Source of the DNA: Candidatus Fibrimonadales bacterium
GTDB lineage: Bacteria; Fibrobacterota; Fibrobacteria; Fibrobacterales; Fibrobacteraceae
Length of the DNA stretch: 54,038 nucleotides
NCBI GenBank assembly: GCA_009787645.1
Contig: WQSZ01000001.1
Coordinates: 7,145-61,182, forward strand
Direction: 5' to 3'
Below are positions 1 to 9,406 of the stretch, in pieces. The position numbers and the translations under genes were made by a program. The notes beneath the pieces were generated by a model, which saw only the letters and a list, made by a program, of their open reading frames with translations, was not told where the DNA came from and did no database searches. Position 1 is the first letter of the stretch. The number at the start of each line of letters is the position of its first letter.

Positions 1-1208
1 GACTTGGGATCAATCTCCAGCAAGCGATGAATTGTGCTCGCTTTGAACTGGCAGACTTCTGCCATGCGGCGAGCGGCACGCCCTGTGGGAGCAGCTAACA
101 TCACCTTCTTTTTTTGCAAATTCAAAATGTGCAAGATGCCTTTTAATATCGTGGTTTTGCCGGTTCCGGGGCCTCCGGTGATCACAAAGAAATTGCTTGA
201 AACCGCATTTTTAATTGCCAATAGCTGCTCTTCGCTGTATTCTATTCCCTGCATGCTCGCCGCATAATTTGCGTCTGCATCAAGGTGCGACTTCTCTTCG
301 CTAAAATCAAAGCTGCGCCGAATAAACGCTCCTATGAATTTTTCCGCTCCGTAAAGCTCAGGTAACCAGACTCTTTCATTTTGAACCAGCACTTTTCCGT
401 TTTTTTGCAGACCGGCAAGCGCAGCGTAAAGGTTGTCAAAAATCTCATCGTCTGGGCCATAAGGATTTATGCGTAAAAAGTCCATTGTTTTTTGCAATAA
501 ATTTTCCTTTGGCATAAATGCGTGGCCGCCATCGTATTTTGCTTCTCTAAGAGTATACGCTATGGCAGCTCGCAGCCTTAAATTTGCGCTCTCTTCAAAC
601 CCTATTTTTTTTGCGGCATTGTCTGCTATTTCAAAACTGTATGCAAAAGGTTCTTCGCACAATGCATAAGGATTTTCATTTACTATATCTTCCGTGCCAC
701 CTTTGTATATGCTCCAAACGCTCATGGCTTTTGCGCCTGTGAATCCCAGTTTGTAGAGAAAGAGCAAAGTTTTTCTGCTCTCCTGCTGCAAGCTCCAGTC
801 ATCTATGAATTTTTCCAGTCTTTTTCCGCTTAATCCTCTAACCGCTCCACGCAATTTGCTTGGGTCTTTATCCAAAACGCTTGGCAAATCTTCCCCGAAA
901 ATCCCAACCAGTTTTTCTGCGGTTTTTTCCCCAACGCCGGCAAAAATTCCGCTAGCCAAATATGCAATCAACCCGCTTTCACCTTGAGGCTGCAAAATTT
1001 CGCACCCCGTAACAACAAACTGCTTCCCAAACTTGGGATGTTCTCCCCAGTCTCCGGTCAAGCGCACTCTTTCCCCTGCATGCACAGGTGGAAAATTTCC
1101 GGCTGCAGTTTCGCTGAGTTTGCCGCCTTTTATGCGAGCGACTGTAAAGCCACTTCTTTCATTTGAAAAGACTACGGATGATATTGTGCATTCCAGGGTT
1201 TGGGGCAT
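1..1208 (-). CDS. recD2: RecD2-type SF1 DNA helicase, N-terminal ~400 codons; the 3' end runs off the window
   Basis: Absent from the ORF track because no stop lies in the window. My minus-strand translation starts at ATG 1208-1206 (MPQTLECTISSVVFSNERSGFTV...). It reaches the Walker A region ...ITGGPGTGKTTILKGILHIL..LAAPTGRAARRMAE..TIHRLLE near positions 190-1. The start forms a TAATG overlap with the gatB stop. Confidence 0.75.
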   Translation of the reverse strand, partial: MPQTLECTISSVVFSNERSGFTVARIKGGKLSETAAGNFPPVHAGERVRLTGDWGEHPKFGKQFVVTGCEILQPQGESGLIAYLASGIFAGVGEKTAEKLVGIFGEDLPSVLDKDPSKLRGAVRGLSGKRLEKFIDDWSLQQESRKTLLFLYKLGFTGAKAMSVWSIYKGGTEDIVNENPYALCEEPFAYSFEIADNAAKKIGFEESANLRLRAAIAYTLREAKYDGGHAFMPKENLLQKTMDFLRINPYGPDDEIFDNLYAALAGLQKNGKVLVQNERVWLPELYGAEKFIGAFIRRSFDFSEEKSHLDADANYAASMQGIEYSEEQLLAIKNAVSSNFFVITGGPGTGKTTILKGILHILNLQKKKVMLAAPTGRAARRMAEVCQFKASTIHRLLEIDPK

Positions 1209-2650
1209 TAAATTTCATCCAGCAACTTATTCACCACCCCTGGATTTGCCTTTCCACCACTGTTCTTCATAATCTGGCCAACAAAGAATCCACGGAGTTG
1301 CGCCTTGCCGCCTTTGAACTCCTGCCACTGGCTCTGATTGGCTTCAATTACTTTGCGAACAATGGCTTCTATTGCGCTTGTGTCCGTAATTTGCACCAAG
1401 CCTTTTTCTTTGATTATAGTATCCGGATCTTTGCCTGTGGTTAGCATTTCTGCGAAAACTGTTTTGCCTATTTTACCTGAGATTGTGTTGTTTTCAATTA
1501 AGTTCACCATTTGAGCCAAGTCTTGAGGTTTGAATTTTAATGCTTGCATGCCACCTTCCATTTCTTTCAATTCACGCATAAGCTCGGAGGTTATCCAGTT
1601 TGCGAGGATTTTGGAATTTTTACAGGTTTTGGTGGCTAAGTCAAACCAATCGCTGATCCCCTTGTCTGCTGTGAGAACTTGGGCATCGTATTCGCTCAGG
1701 CCAAAGCTTTGCATATATCTGTTGCGGCGAGAGTCGGGGAGTTCGGGCATATTTTGCCTTATGCTTTCCACCTGGCTTTGCTCTATAAACAGCCTCAGCA
1801 TATCGGGCTCTGGGAAATATTTGTAGTCGTGGCTGTCTTCTTTGCTGCGAATCACCGTTGTTCTGTTGTAGTTCGCATCAAAACGCTTTGTGCATTGCTC
1901 AACTTCGCCGCCCTTGTCCAGAGTTTGGGTTTGCAGCGCAATTTCAGCTTCCAATGCTTTTTGCAAATTTGAAAAGCTGTTCAGATTTTTAATTTCCGCT
2001 CTTGTGCCAAACGGAGCATCTTCGCTCTTGCGAAGTGAAATGTTTCCGTCGCAACGCATATTTCCGTTTTCTAAGTTTGCATTGGAAACTCCTGTGTACT
2101 CCAAAATTTGCTTTATCTTTTCCAACACCAAAACCGCGTCTTCCGGGTTTCTTATATCTGGCTCGGTCACTATTTCGCAAAGCGGTGTTCCGCAGCGGTT
2201 TGCGTCAAAATGGGAGCTTCCGGGTGAAAAATCGTGGACAAGCTTGCCGGCATCTTCTTCCATGTGAATGCGAGTTATGCCAATGCGTTTTTTTTCGCCA
2301 TTTGCGCTGATTATCTCAATATGGCCCTTTTTGCATACAGGATGGTCGTAAATAGGGATTCCGCCGGTTTGGGTTATCTGGTAGCCTTTTGGCAAATCCG
2401 GGTAAAAATAGTTTTTGCGAGTCCACAGCGCACGGCTGTCAATTTCGCAGTTAAGCGCAAGCCCAAGCTTTATGGCCAGATTTAAAGCCTCTTTGTTGGG
2501 AACCGGCAGTGCGCCGGGCAAGCCCAAGCAAACAGGGCATACATGTTTGTTAGGCTCTGTGTTGACTTCTATCTCGCAACCGCAAAAAAGCTTTGTTCTG
2601 GTAGCAAGCTGGCAATGAATTTCTAAACCTATAACCGGTGAATATGGCAT
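1208..2650 (-). CDS. gatB: Asp-tRNA(Asn)/Glu-tRNA(Gln) amidotransferase subunit B
   Basis: 480 aa. N-terminus is GLEIHCQL..KLFCGC...CPVCLGLPGALP and the C-terminal tail is the GatB/YqeY type (ANPGVVNKLL). Confidence 0.95.
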   Translation of the reverse strand: MPYSPVIGLEIHCQLATRTKLFCGCEIEVNTEPNKHVCPVCLGLPGALPVPNKEALNLAIKLGLALNCEIDSRALWTRKNYFYPDLPKGYQITQTGGIPIYDHPVCKKGHIEIISANGEKKRIGITRIHMEEDAGKLVHDFSPGSSHFDANRCGTPLCEIVTEPDIRNPEDAVLVLEKIKQILEYTGVSNANLENGNMRCDGNISLRKSEDAPFGTRAEIKNLNSFSNLQKALEAEIALQTQTLDKGGEVEQCTKRFDANYNRTTVIRSKEDSHDYKYFPEPDMLRLFIEQSQVESIRQNMPELPDSRRNRYMQSFGLSEYDAQVLTADKGISDWFDLATKTCKNSKILANWITSELMRELKEMEGGMQALKFKPQDLAQMVNLIENNTISGKIGKTVFAEMLTTGKDPDTIIKEKGLVQITDTSAIEAIVRKVIEANQSQWQEFKGGKAQLRGFFVGQIMKNSGGKANPGVVNKLLDEI

Positions 2651-2690
2651 AATGGGAATCTAGAAAAAGGAGTTTTCTATATTCTCATTT

Positions 2691-3053
2691 ATGCTAGGCA
2701 AAAGACGAAAAACCGGCGTTATGCAGGATTTAACGGAAACCATATCCGTAAAAGTGGATTATATAGGCAAGCGCAATTTGCCCATATCGGCTATTTGCAA
2801 AATTTGCATAGTTCTTTTCAGTTGCTCAATAATCGTTGGAGTTTCCGGACTTGTTTCCAGAATGGACGATATTTCAAAAAAAGAGCAGAGCATAGAGAAA
2901 CTCAGAAACGAACATGATTTTTTGAAAAGCGAACTTGATAAAAAGCAAAAGCTAAAACAGGCGTTAATAGATGATACTCTGACCATAGAAGCCGTTGCCC
3001 GTAGCTATGGGATGAGCAAAAAAGGCGAAAGAATCTTTTACTTTGTGGACTAA
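2691..3053 (+). CDS. FtsB/DivIC-like septum formation initiator (small bitopic coiled-coil protein)
   Basis: 120 aa with one TM helix (ICKICIVLFSCSIIVGV), then the coiled coil KKEQSIEKLRNEHDFLKSELDKKQKLKQAL and IEAVARSYGMSKKGERIFYF. The start may instead be the internal Met at 2721. Confidence 0.5.
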   Translation: MLGKRRKTGVMQDLTETISVKVDYIGKRNLPISAICKICIVLFSCSIIVGVSGLVSRMDDISKKEQSIEKLRNEHDFLKSELDKKQKLKQALIDDTLTIEAVARSYGMSKKGERIFYFVD

Positions 3054-3838
3054 CCTTTTAAAACAGCTATCATGTCGAAAACATCGCCCTTGCCGGCTTT
3101 GATTTTTTTTGCTAAAAATTCAATAGCATCTGCGGTGCCTTCTCCGTAAATTTCTCTACCGCACACATTGTGGCGAAATTCAAAATGCACGGATTTATCT
3201 GCGCTATCAAGAGAATATGTGTGAAATGCGTGCCCATCTAAATACTTTTTCGGAACTTCCATTCTTTTGATTTGCGAATCTTCGTCTCGCACCATTTCTA
3301 TTGCATTGCCTGTTGCGCCCATATCTTGAAAACTCTTTACCAATGCTTTTGCCGTGCCGCTGGTATCGGCTTTGGTTTTTTGATGGCTTTCAACCACTTG
3401 CAAATTGTAGTCGCTGAAAACTCCGGGGAAATTTGTTGCGGTCCATTCAAGCATGGCTTGGAGTGCTACTATCTGTTTTGCCATGTTCGGGGCTATTACG
3501 CAAGGGTGGTTTGCGTTTTTTACCAATGCCATTAAAGATACCCTGTCTCCGCCTGTGGTTCCCATAACAAAGGGAATTTTATTCTTCACATAAAATTCCG
3601 CATTGCCGTTTACTGCGCTCGGATGAGTGTAATCAACAGCTATTAAGTTCGGATACTCATTCAGAATGTCTTTTATTTTTTCATCTCTTTCTCGGAGCCT
3701 TAACAGCTTGAATCCGTTGAATTCCGTCATGTCTTCGCCTGTTAGCGAAAACGGAATAACATTGAATTTTCTCTTTTTGCATGCCGCTGCCACTATCTGC
3801 GCCATCTTGCCGGGAAACCCGCAAACCATAATGTTCAT
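3050..3838 (-). CDS. dapB: 4-hydroxy-tetrahydrodipicolinate reductase
   Basis: 262 aa. Has an N-terminal dinucleotide-binding loop (VCGFPGKMAQ) and the DapB signature VVESHQKTKADTSGTA. Confidence 0.75.
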   Translation of the reverse strand: MNIMVCGFPGKMAQIVAAACKKRKFNVIPFSLTGEDMTEFNGFKLLRLRERDEKIKDILNEYPNLIAVDYTHPSAVNGNAEFYVKNKIPFVMGTTGGDRVSLMALVKNANHPCVIAPNMAKQIVALQAMLEWTATNFPGVFSDYNLQVVESHQKTKADTSGTAKALVKSFQDMGATGNAIEMVRDEDSQIKRMEVPKKYLDGHAFHTYSLDSADKSVHFEFRHNVCGREIYGEGTADAIEFLAKKIKAGKGDVFDMIAVLKG

Positions 3839-5112
3839 AAATTCTCCATCCAGCCTGTAACGGTGTTGTTTTTAGTGAAATAATGAGTTGCGGCATTTTT
3901 CACCGCTTCACGGCTAACTGATTCCAAAGACTTTGCCCAGTTCAAGTATAGATTGTAAGAACCATACATCTCAAACCATGCTAAATTCGTGGCTACTCCG
4001 GCCATGTCTGTTAAACTGCGAACTTGTGCTGCATAAGCGTTGTTTATAACCCTTTGAAATTCTCTTTCATTCACCAATTCTTTTTTCAGTTTTTCCAGTT
4101 CTTCCCAAACAATAGCCTCCGCTTTTGCATGGCTCGCTCCGGGCTTTAATGCAACCGAAACGCTGAATGTTGATACCGCTTTGTTAGGATTGTTGCTTGC
4201 GTTTGCGCTTGTGGCTAATTTTTCTTCTTCAACAAGTCTTTTGTAAAGCCTGCCGCTCCTACCGTTGAGAACTCCTTCTGCAATGTCTAAAGCATAAATT
4301 GCTGGATCTTCAACAGACGGTGTTTTAAAATATATGTCCACGCTGGGAGTTGCGTCGTTGCGCCGAACTATAAGCCGTTTTTCGCCTGCCTGCTCAGGTT
4401 CCTTTAAATGAATTTCAGGGAATGGTTCGCCTGTAGGGATGCTGCCGAAGTATGCGTGGATCTTCGGTAAAAGTGAGTCTGCGGAAAAATCTCCTGCAAA
4501 TACTAAAATTGCATTGCGTGGCTTGTAATATTTTCTGTAGTGTTCTTCTGCCTGTTCCTGCGTTAAGTTTTCAATGGAAGATGCCCAGCCTATTGTTGGA
4601 ATGCGATAAGGGTAAAGCTCGTAAATCATGCCTCGCAAAGTTTCTCTGTAGCGCCCTCTGGGAGGATCTTCATAGCGCATTCTTCGTTCTTCACGAACAA
4701 CATCACGCTCTGCTTTGAAGTCTCTCATAACGGAGTTTTGCATTCTGTCGGATTCAAGCCACAAAAAAAGCTCCACCTTGTTGCGAGGCAAGTTCACAAA
4801 GTATGCAGTCATCAAATCTGTGGTAAAGGCATTTAAGTCGGTGCCTCCGGCTTCCTGGTATGCGCTCCATAATTCATCTGCTTTTAATTTTTCAGAGCCT
4901 TTGAACAGCATGTGCTCAAGGAGATGCGCAAGCCCGGAGTTTCCCGGATTTTCATGGACAGAGCCTGTTAAATAAAAAAGCCTGCAAGCTACGGTTGGTG
5001 CCTGTTTGTTTTCATATAGCAATACCGTTAATCCGTTTGGCAAAACTTCTTTGCGAACCTTTATGTCTTGGGAAAAAGCCAGAGTTGCAAGCAATAATAA
5101 CAAAAAACGCAT
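3835..5112 (-). CDS. M16 (pitrilysin) family zinc peptidase, secreted
   Basis: 425 aa with a signal peptide (MRFLLLLLATLAFSQ) and the inverted zinc motif HLLEHMLFKG (HxxEH). ATGA overlap with the dapB start. Confidence 0.85.
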   Translation of the reverse strand: MRFLLLLLATLAFSQDIKVRKEVLPNGLTVLLYENKQAPTVACRLFYLTGSVHENPGNSGLAHLLEHMLFKGSEKLKADELWSAYQEAGGTDLNAFTTDLMTAYFVNLPRNKVELFLWLESDRMQNSVMRDFKAERDVVREERRMRYEDPPRGRYRETLRGMIYELYPYRIPTIGWASSIENLTQEQAEEHYRKYYKPRNAILVFAGDFSADSLLPKIHAYFGSIPTGEPFPEIHLKEPEQAGEKRLIVRRNDATPSVDIYFKTPSVEDPAIYALDIAEGVLNGRSGRLYKRLVEEEKLATSANASNNPNKAVSTFSVSVALKPGASHAKAEAIVWEELEKLKKELVNEREFQRVINNAYAAQVRSLTDMAGVATNLAWFEMYGSYNLYLNWAKSLESVSREAVKNAATHYFTKNNTVTGWMENL

Positions 5113-5113
5113 T

Positions 5114-7108
5114 TTATCTCCTGTGCATGGTTAAACTTCTCAGCAAAAATGGCTGCACAAAGCAGAACAGCAACATCGGTGGAATTGAAGCTATAACCGA
5201 GAATGCCATTAAAAGTTCGGGGCGATTAGCCATCTGGCCAACGGCAAGCCTTATTCCAACCGGCAAAGTAGCAGTACCGGAATCCGTTGAAAGAATCCAT
5301 ATAAATAAAATTTCATCCCATACAAAGAGGAAAATATAAATAAGGCAAGTGGCAAGCGCCGGGAGAATTACCGGAACAATTACCTTCCAAAATGTTTTCC
5401 ACGGAGAACAGCCATCCATCATGGCAGACTCCTCAAGGTTGGGAGGAATAGCTTTGAACATATCGTACATGAACTGAACGGTTAACGGCAAAAAGAACAA
5501 TATGTTTACAAATATAATGGTTGAAAAACTGTTGAACATCTGAAAAGAGCTCATTTGCAAAATTATGAATATTACGAAAATCGGCAGAAGGAATGGGAGG
5601 CTGGAAAGAACTTGAGATGAGAGAAGAATTTTTGTAAAAGTGGCTTTGCCGAAAAAATTGAGACGGGCTATTGCATAGCTGGGGAATATGGCGAGAAGTG
5701 TGCAAAGCAAACTCACGGCTATGGCAACCAAGGCAGAATTCTTTATAAACGAAGCTAGAGGCATAATTCTCATTATATCTTGATAGTTTGTAAATTGAAG
5801 TGCTCTGCTGCCTTTGGGAATTTCGCCGGAACCCATCTGAATATTAGAATCGTTTACAATTTCAAATCTTCCATCGCTATAACCGAGCCATCTGTAGCCC
5901 AGGTCGCTTTCATAGTAAGAGCTTACGAGCGGCGGCAGGGGTCTTTGCTCATGAGCCGGTTCGGTTTTGAAATTGCGAAAATCAAAGGTTATGCTTGAGC
6001 TTCCGTAGCTTATGGCAATTTTATCTTCTCCCAGAGTTTTGATGTAGAGATTTTGTTCGTCCAAATACGGAAGGTCATATTCGCCGAACATAAAGTTGTG
6101 GGTTATTTTGCCTGCGTTGAATTGAATTATGCTAAAGCCCACATCGTGCGCTGCCAGCACTTCGTGATCTGAAATTTGAACTATGTTCTGTATGGATGCG
6201 CTCGGGAGCCCTCTAGCTTCCGTGATCCAAGAAAGCTGTTTTGAGTCGGTATCAAAAATTGCGATTCCGGGAAAAAGATCGCCACGAATGCCCATTATGA
6301 TTTTGTCTCCGGCGGCTAAAACAGAAAGTCCCGAACTCACTACCTGATTAACCCATATCTTTTGCCAGGGAAAATACCTCAAGCGTGAAACCCTGTTGGG
6401 AAACAGCTCTGACAGGCAAAAGCGAAACAGCAAAAACTTTTCCTCTTCCGTGCGATTTGTAATTTTGAAAAGGTTGTGTATTTGCGGGTTAAGCCAGCCA
6501 TCCCATTTTTCCCAATGAGTTAGAATGGAGTTGAGAGCTCTGTTGTTAGGTGTTAAAATCCAGTTGAGCTGCCCTATGATTTCTTCCGATTCGTAAAATT
6601 TTATTCCGGTTATCGAAGATATGGACGGTATGGTGCTATCTCCCGGCAAGGCCGGCTCGTAGTTCAATTTATTTGAGAGCCATGCAAAATGCTCGGGTAA
6701 AATATCGCCGGAAATATAGAACTTAAAATGGTCAAAATTTTCATAATTGTTTTTGAAAAAATCCCAATCATAAGAGTTTATTTCCTTTCTGCTGTTCAAA
6801 TCTATTTCCACCAGTCCTTTATTTGCGCTAAACGCCCAGAGACTTGTCCCTTTTTTCGCATAAACAGTTGCTACCGATTTTATCTCCGCTATTTTTTTTT
6901 CATTGCGATACACATGCCCCAGAGATGTTGCAGCAATATCTTCGGTATAGAATGTTATTTTATTGTTTCGTTTCTGAGGAAAAAATGCAGACTGGTTAAT
7001 ATCTTCCGCATTCAGTATGGAAAGCCACACCATAAATACAATAGGTACGGCGCTTATCAAAGCGAGAGTCCATGCAGCGACTATTTTTCCGTACCTGAAA
7101 TAATCCAT
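5114..7108 (-). CDS. ABC sugar permease (MalG-type) fused to a ~430-aa N-terminal periplasmic domain
   Basis: 664 aa. The C-terminal ~220 aa is a binding-protein-dependent transport TMD (EESAMMDGCSPWKTFWKVIVPVILPAL). The N-terminus has one TM helix and then a large soluble region containing a propeller-like motif (ARGLPSASIQNIVQISDHEVLAAHDVGFSII). Confidence 0.75.
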   Translation of the reverse strand: MDYFRYGKIVAAWTLALISAVPIVFMVWLSILNAEDINQSAFFPQKRNNKITFYTEDIAATSLGHVYRNEKKIAEIKSVATVYAKKGTSLWAFSANKGLVEIDLNSRKEINSYDWDFFKNNYENFDHFKFYISGDILPEHFAWLSNKLNYEPALPGDSTIPSISSITGIKFYESEEIIGQLNWILTPNNRALNSILTHWEKWDGWLNPQIHNLFKITNRTEEEKFLLFRFCLSELFPNRVSRLRYFPWQKIWVNQVVSSGLSVLAAGDKIIMGIRGDLFPGIAIFDTDSKQLSWITEARGLPSASIQNIVQISDHEVLAAHDVGFSIIQFNAGKITHNFMFGEYDLPYLDEQNLYIKTLGEDKIAISYGSSSITFDFRNFKTEPAHEQRPLPPLVSSYYESDLGYRWLGYSDGRFEIVNDSNIQMGSGEIPKGSRALQFTNYQDIMRIMPLASFIKNSALVAIAVSLLCTLLAIFPSYAIARLNFFGKATFTKILLSSQVLSSLPFLLPIFVIFIILQMSSFQMFNSFSTIIFVNILFFLPLTVQFMYDMFKAIPPNLEESAMMDGCSPWKTFWKVIVPVILPALATCLIYIFLFVWDEILFIWILSTDSGTATLPVGIRLAVGQMANRPELLMAFSVIASIPPMLLFCFVQPFLLRSLTMHRR

Positions 7109-7109
7109 A

Positions 7110-8042
7110 TCAGTTCATCCTCTGCTTTTTGTAATAGTATAGAACAAAAATTCCTACGAGCAACATTAACATTGTGGACAAACTTGCGCCTATTCCCAAA
7201 TTCCAGTACTGGAACGATGTGCGGAATATATAGGGGATTATCATATCTGCGCCCTTGCTAGGAATCATGGTTCCGTTGCCGAACATCATCACAACAATGT
7301 TAAAATTGTAAATATTTATTATGAAATTTTGAACAATGATAGCCAAAAACACCGGCTTTAGAATTGGAAAGGTTATATATAAAAATTTATTGACTTTTTT
7401 TGCTCCGTCCATAACGGCAGCTTGATACACATCGTCTTGAATTGAGTGCAGGCCTGCCAAAAATAAAAGCATGGCAAACGGCCAGTAATGCCATACGGCC
7501 GGAATTGCTATTATAAATACCGAATATTGGCTGTCCAGCCACCTTGGGAGAATCAATTGTCCAACTTCGTTGTAATTCCATTGCAAACCGAACAAGGCGG
7601 AATAATAATCCACATTCAAAAGATCAAAGAGCAAAAAATTTACAACGCTGTTATCTTGCTGAAAAAGATAGCCGAAAAACATTCCAACCACGTAGCTGGG
7701 AATGGACCACGCAAGCATTATCAAAGTTATTACAACCCCTCTGCCTTTAAAAGGCTCTCTTAGGCAAATCGCAGCCCCTAATCCTATGGCGGTTACGAAA
7801 ATCGTGGTTGCAAGGGTGTATATTATTGAATTTCTAACCGCATTTATAAAACCGTCTTGCATAACGGCTGCTGCGTAATTATCAAAAGCTACGTATAAAC
7901 TAAACCACTGTTCGGGGTTGTTCCCTATATCAAATGCGCTTATCAGCACGTTAAAGAAAACCGGCAGCACCAAAAAAAACAGGAGGAGAATGCTTGTAGG
8001 CAATGCGAAAAATAATGCTATTCTGTTGCTCTGCTGTTTCAT
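7110..8042 (-). CDS. ABC sugar permease (MalF-type)
   Basis: 310 aa, multi-TM, with EAA-loop region YQAAVMDGAKKVNKFLYITFPILKP. Confidence 0.85.
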   Translation of the reverse strand: MKQQSNRIALFFALPTSILLLFFLVLPVFFNVLISAFDIGNNPEQWFSLYVAFDNYAAAVMQDGFINAVRNSIIYTLATTIFVTAIGLGAAICLREPFKGRGVVITLIMLAWSIPSYVVGMFFGYLFQQDNSVVNFLLFDLLNVDYYSALFGLQWNYNEVGQLILPRWLDSQYSVFIIAIPAVWHYWPFAMLLFLAGLHSIQDDVYQAAVMDGAKKVNKFLYITFPILKPVFLAIIVQNFIINIYNFNIVVMMFGNGTMIPSKGADMIIPYIFRTSFQYWNLGIGASLSTMLMLLVGIFVLYYYKKQRMN

Positions 8043-9406
8043 TCGCTTTGCCTTTTTTGATTGTCCTTGCTTAAAATAGCGTTTATCTCTTTATCGGCAG
8101 CCAGAAGTTCGGAATCTATTTGAGATTTTGGCCATTGCTTTCCTTCCGAGCCGGCTATTATGTTGAATATGTTGTTGAGCCTTTTTGTTAAAACATCTGT
8201 TTCTATTGCGCTCCATGCTGAAATTGCCGGATAGCTCACGCCGTTTTCAACTATTTGCTGAAATACTTTGCGATTTCTGTTTTCCGAGAAATATGGCAAG
8301 TTATAAGTTTCGGCAAGTGCCGGTAAAAAGCCTGAGATTCTTGAGAACTGAAATTGAACATCGCTCTGTGCGGTGAGGTATCTCAAAAGAGTGATGGATT
8401 CTCTTTTAAATGTTGTTGAATTGAATACTCCCAAATTAGAACCGCCTAAAAAGTATTTTCCTACTTGGCCTCTTCTGCTTGTCGGAGGAATTATGCAGCC
8501 GTATTCAAGTGTTGCAATGGAGCTTGCGTTGGCTTGGAAAAAGTTTTGGTTGTCGAGATACATGGATTTTGATGTGGTTTCCCCTATAAATGCGGTTCTT
8601 CCCTGATCAAAGTCACTGCTCACGCCGGCTGTTGTTTTATCCAAATTTGAATAATCGTTAAATCCGTTTTTTACAAAATCAAAATAAAAATGAATGCCGT
8701 CTAGAGTTCGCTGGTCAAGCAAATTGCTTCTGGCAAGGTCTTCGCTCAAATAGGAACCTCCGGCGCTGAAAACCCATGATGACAGGTTATGAACTATGTT
8801 CCAATCGTTTTTGGCGGGGTATGCCATGGGGTTGATCAGTTTGCCGTTTATGGATATTCTCGCTCTTTTTACTCTTTGCAAAACATCTGTGAATGATTCT
8901 CTTGATGTTATTGTATTGGGGTCTATTTTCAGAGAATCCAGAACATCTTTGCGATAATAAAAGGGCCGCACATCTAAAAACCAGGGGAGCGAAGTGACAT
9001 GCTTTGAGTGCCTGGGTTTCATTGTTTCTCTTGCGCCTTTTATGAACTGGTCCGGGCTTCCCCAAATATCGGTTATGGAATCCAGCGGCATAAGCGCGCC
9101 TATGTCTGTGAGCGATGCTGCCCATGTGGATGGAACTTGAATTACATCGGGGCCTTTGCGAGTTGCTGCAGCGAGCACAATTTTAGGAAAACCGTTGCCC
9201 CAATCCAAAACGGTGACTTCAACTTTAATTCCGGGATTTTCAACATGAAAACCTTTCAAGATTTTATTCATGTCTTCCAAAGGGCTTGGGCTATTGTTGA
9301 ATATCCACAGGTGTATTATTTTTTCAGAGGAAGCTTCTTCTTTGCAGGAGCCAAATAAAAGCAGCGACAAAAGCAGCAGAAAAAGCAACGGTGCGCTGAA
9401 CTTCAT
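8039..9406 (-). CDS. Extracellular solute-binding protein (family 1, sugar ABC)
   Basis: 455 aa. Has a signal peptide with Cys (LLLFGSCKEE) and lies inside the ABC operon with 4-nt overlaps to both neighbours. Confidence 0.75.
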   Translation of the reverse strand: MKFSAPLLFLLLLSLLLFGSCKEEASSEKIIHLWIFNNSPSPLEDMNKILKGFHVENPGIKVEVTVLDWGNGFPKIVLAAATRKGPDVIQVPSTWAASLTDIGALMPLDSITDIWGSPDQFIKGARETMKPRHSKHVTSLPWFLDVRPFYYRKDVLDSLKIDPNTITSRESFTDVLQRVKRARISINGKLINPMAYPAKNDWNIVHNLSSWVFSAGGSYLSEDLARSNLLDQRTLDGIHFYFDFVKNGFNDYSNLDKTTAGVSSDFDQGRTAFIGETTSKSMYLDNQNFFQANASSIATLEYGCIIPPTSRRGQVGKYFLGGSNLGVFNSTTFKRESITLLRYLTAQSDVQFQFSRISGFLPALAETYNLPYFSENRNRKVFQQIVENGVSYPAISAWSAIETDVLTKRLNNIFNIIAGSEGKQWPKSQIDSELLAADKEINAILSKDNQKRQSE

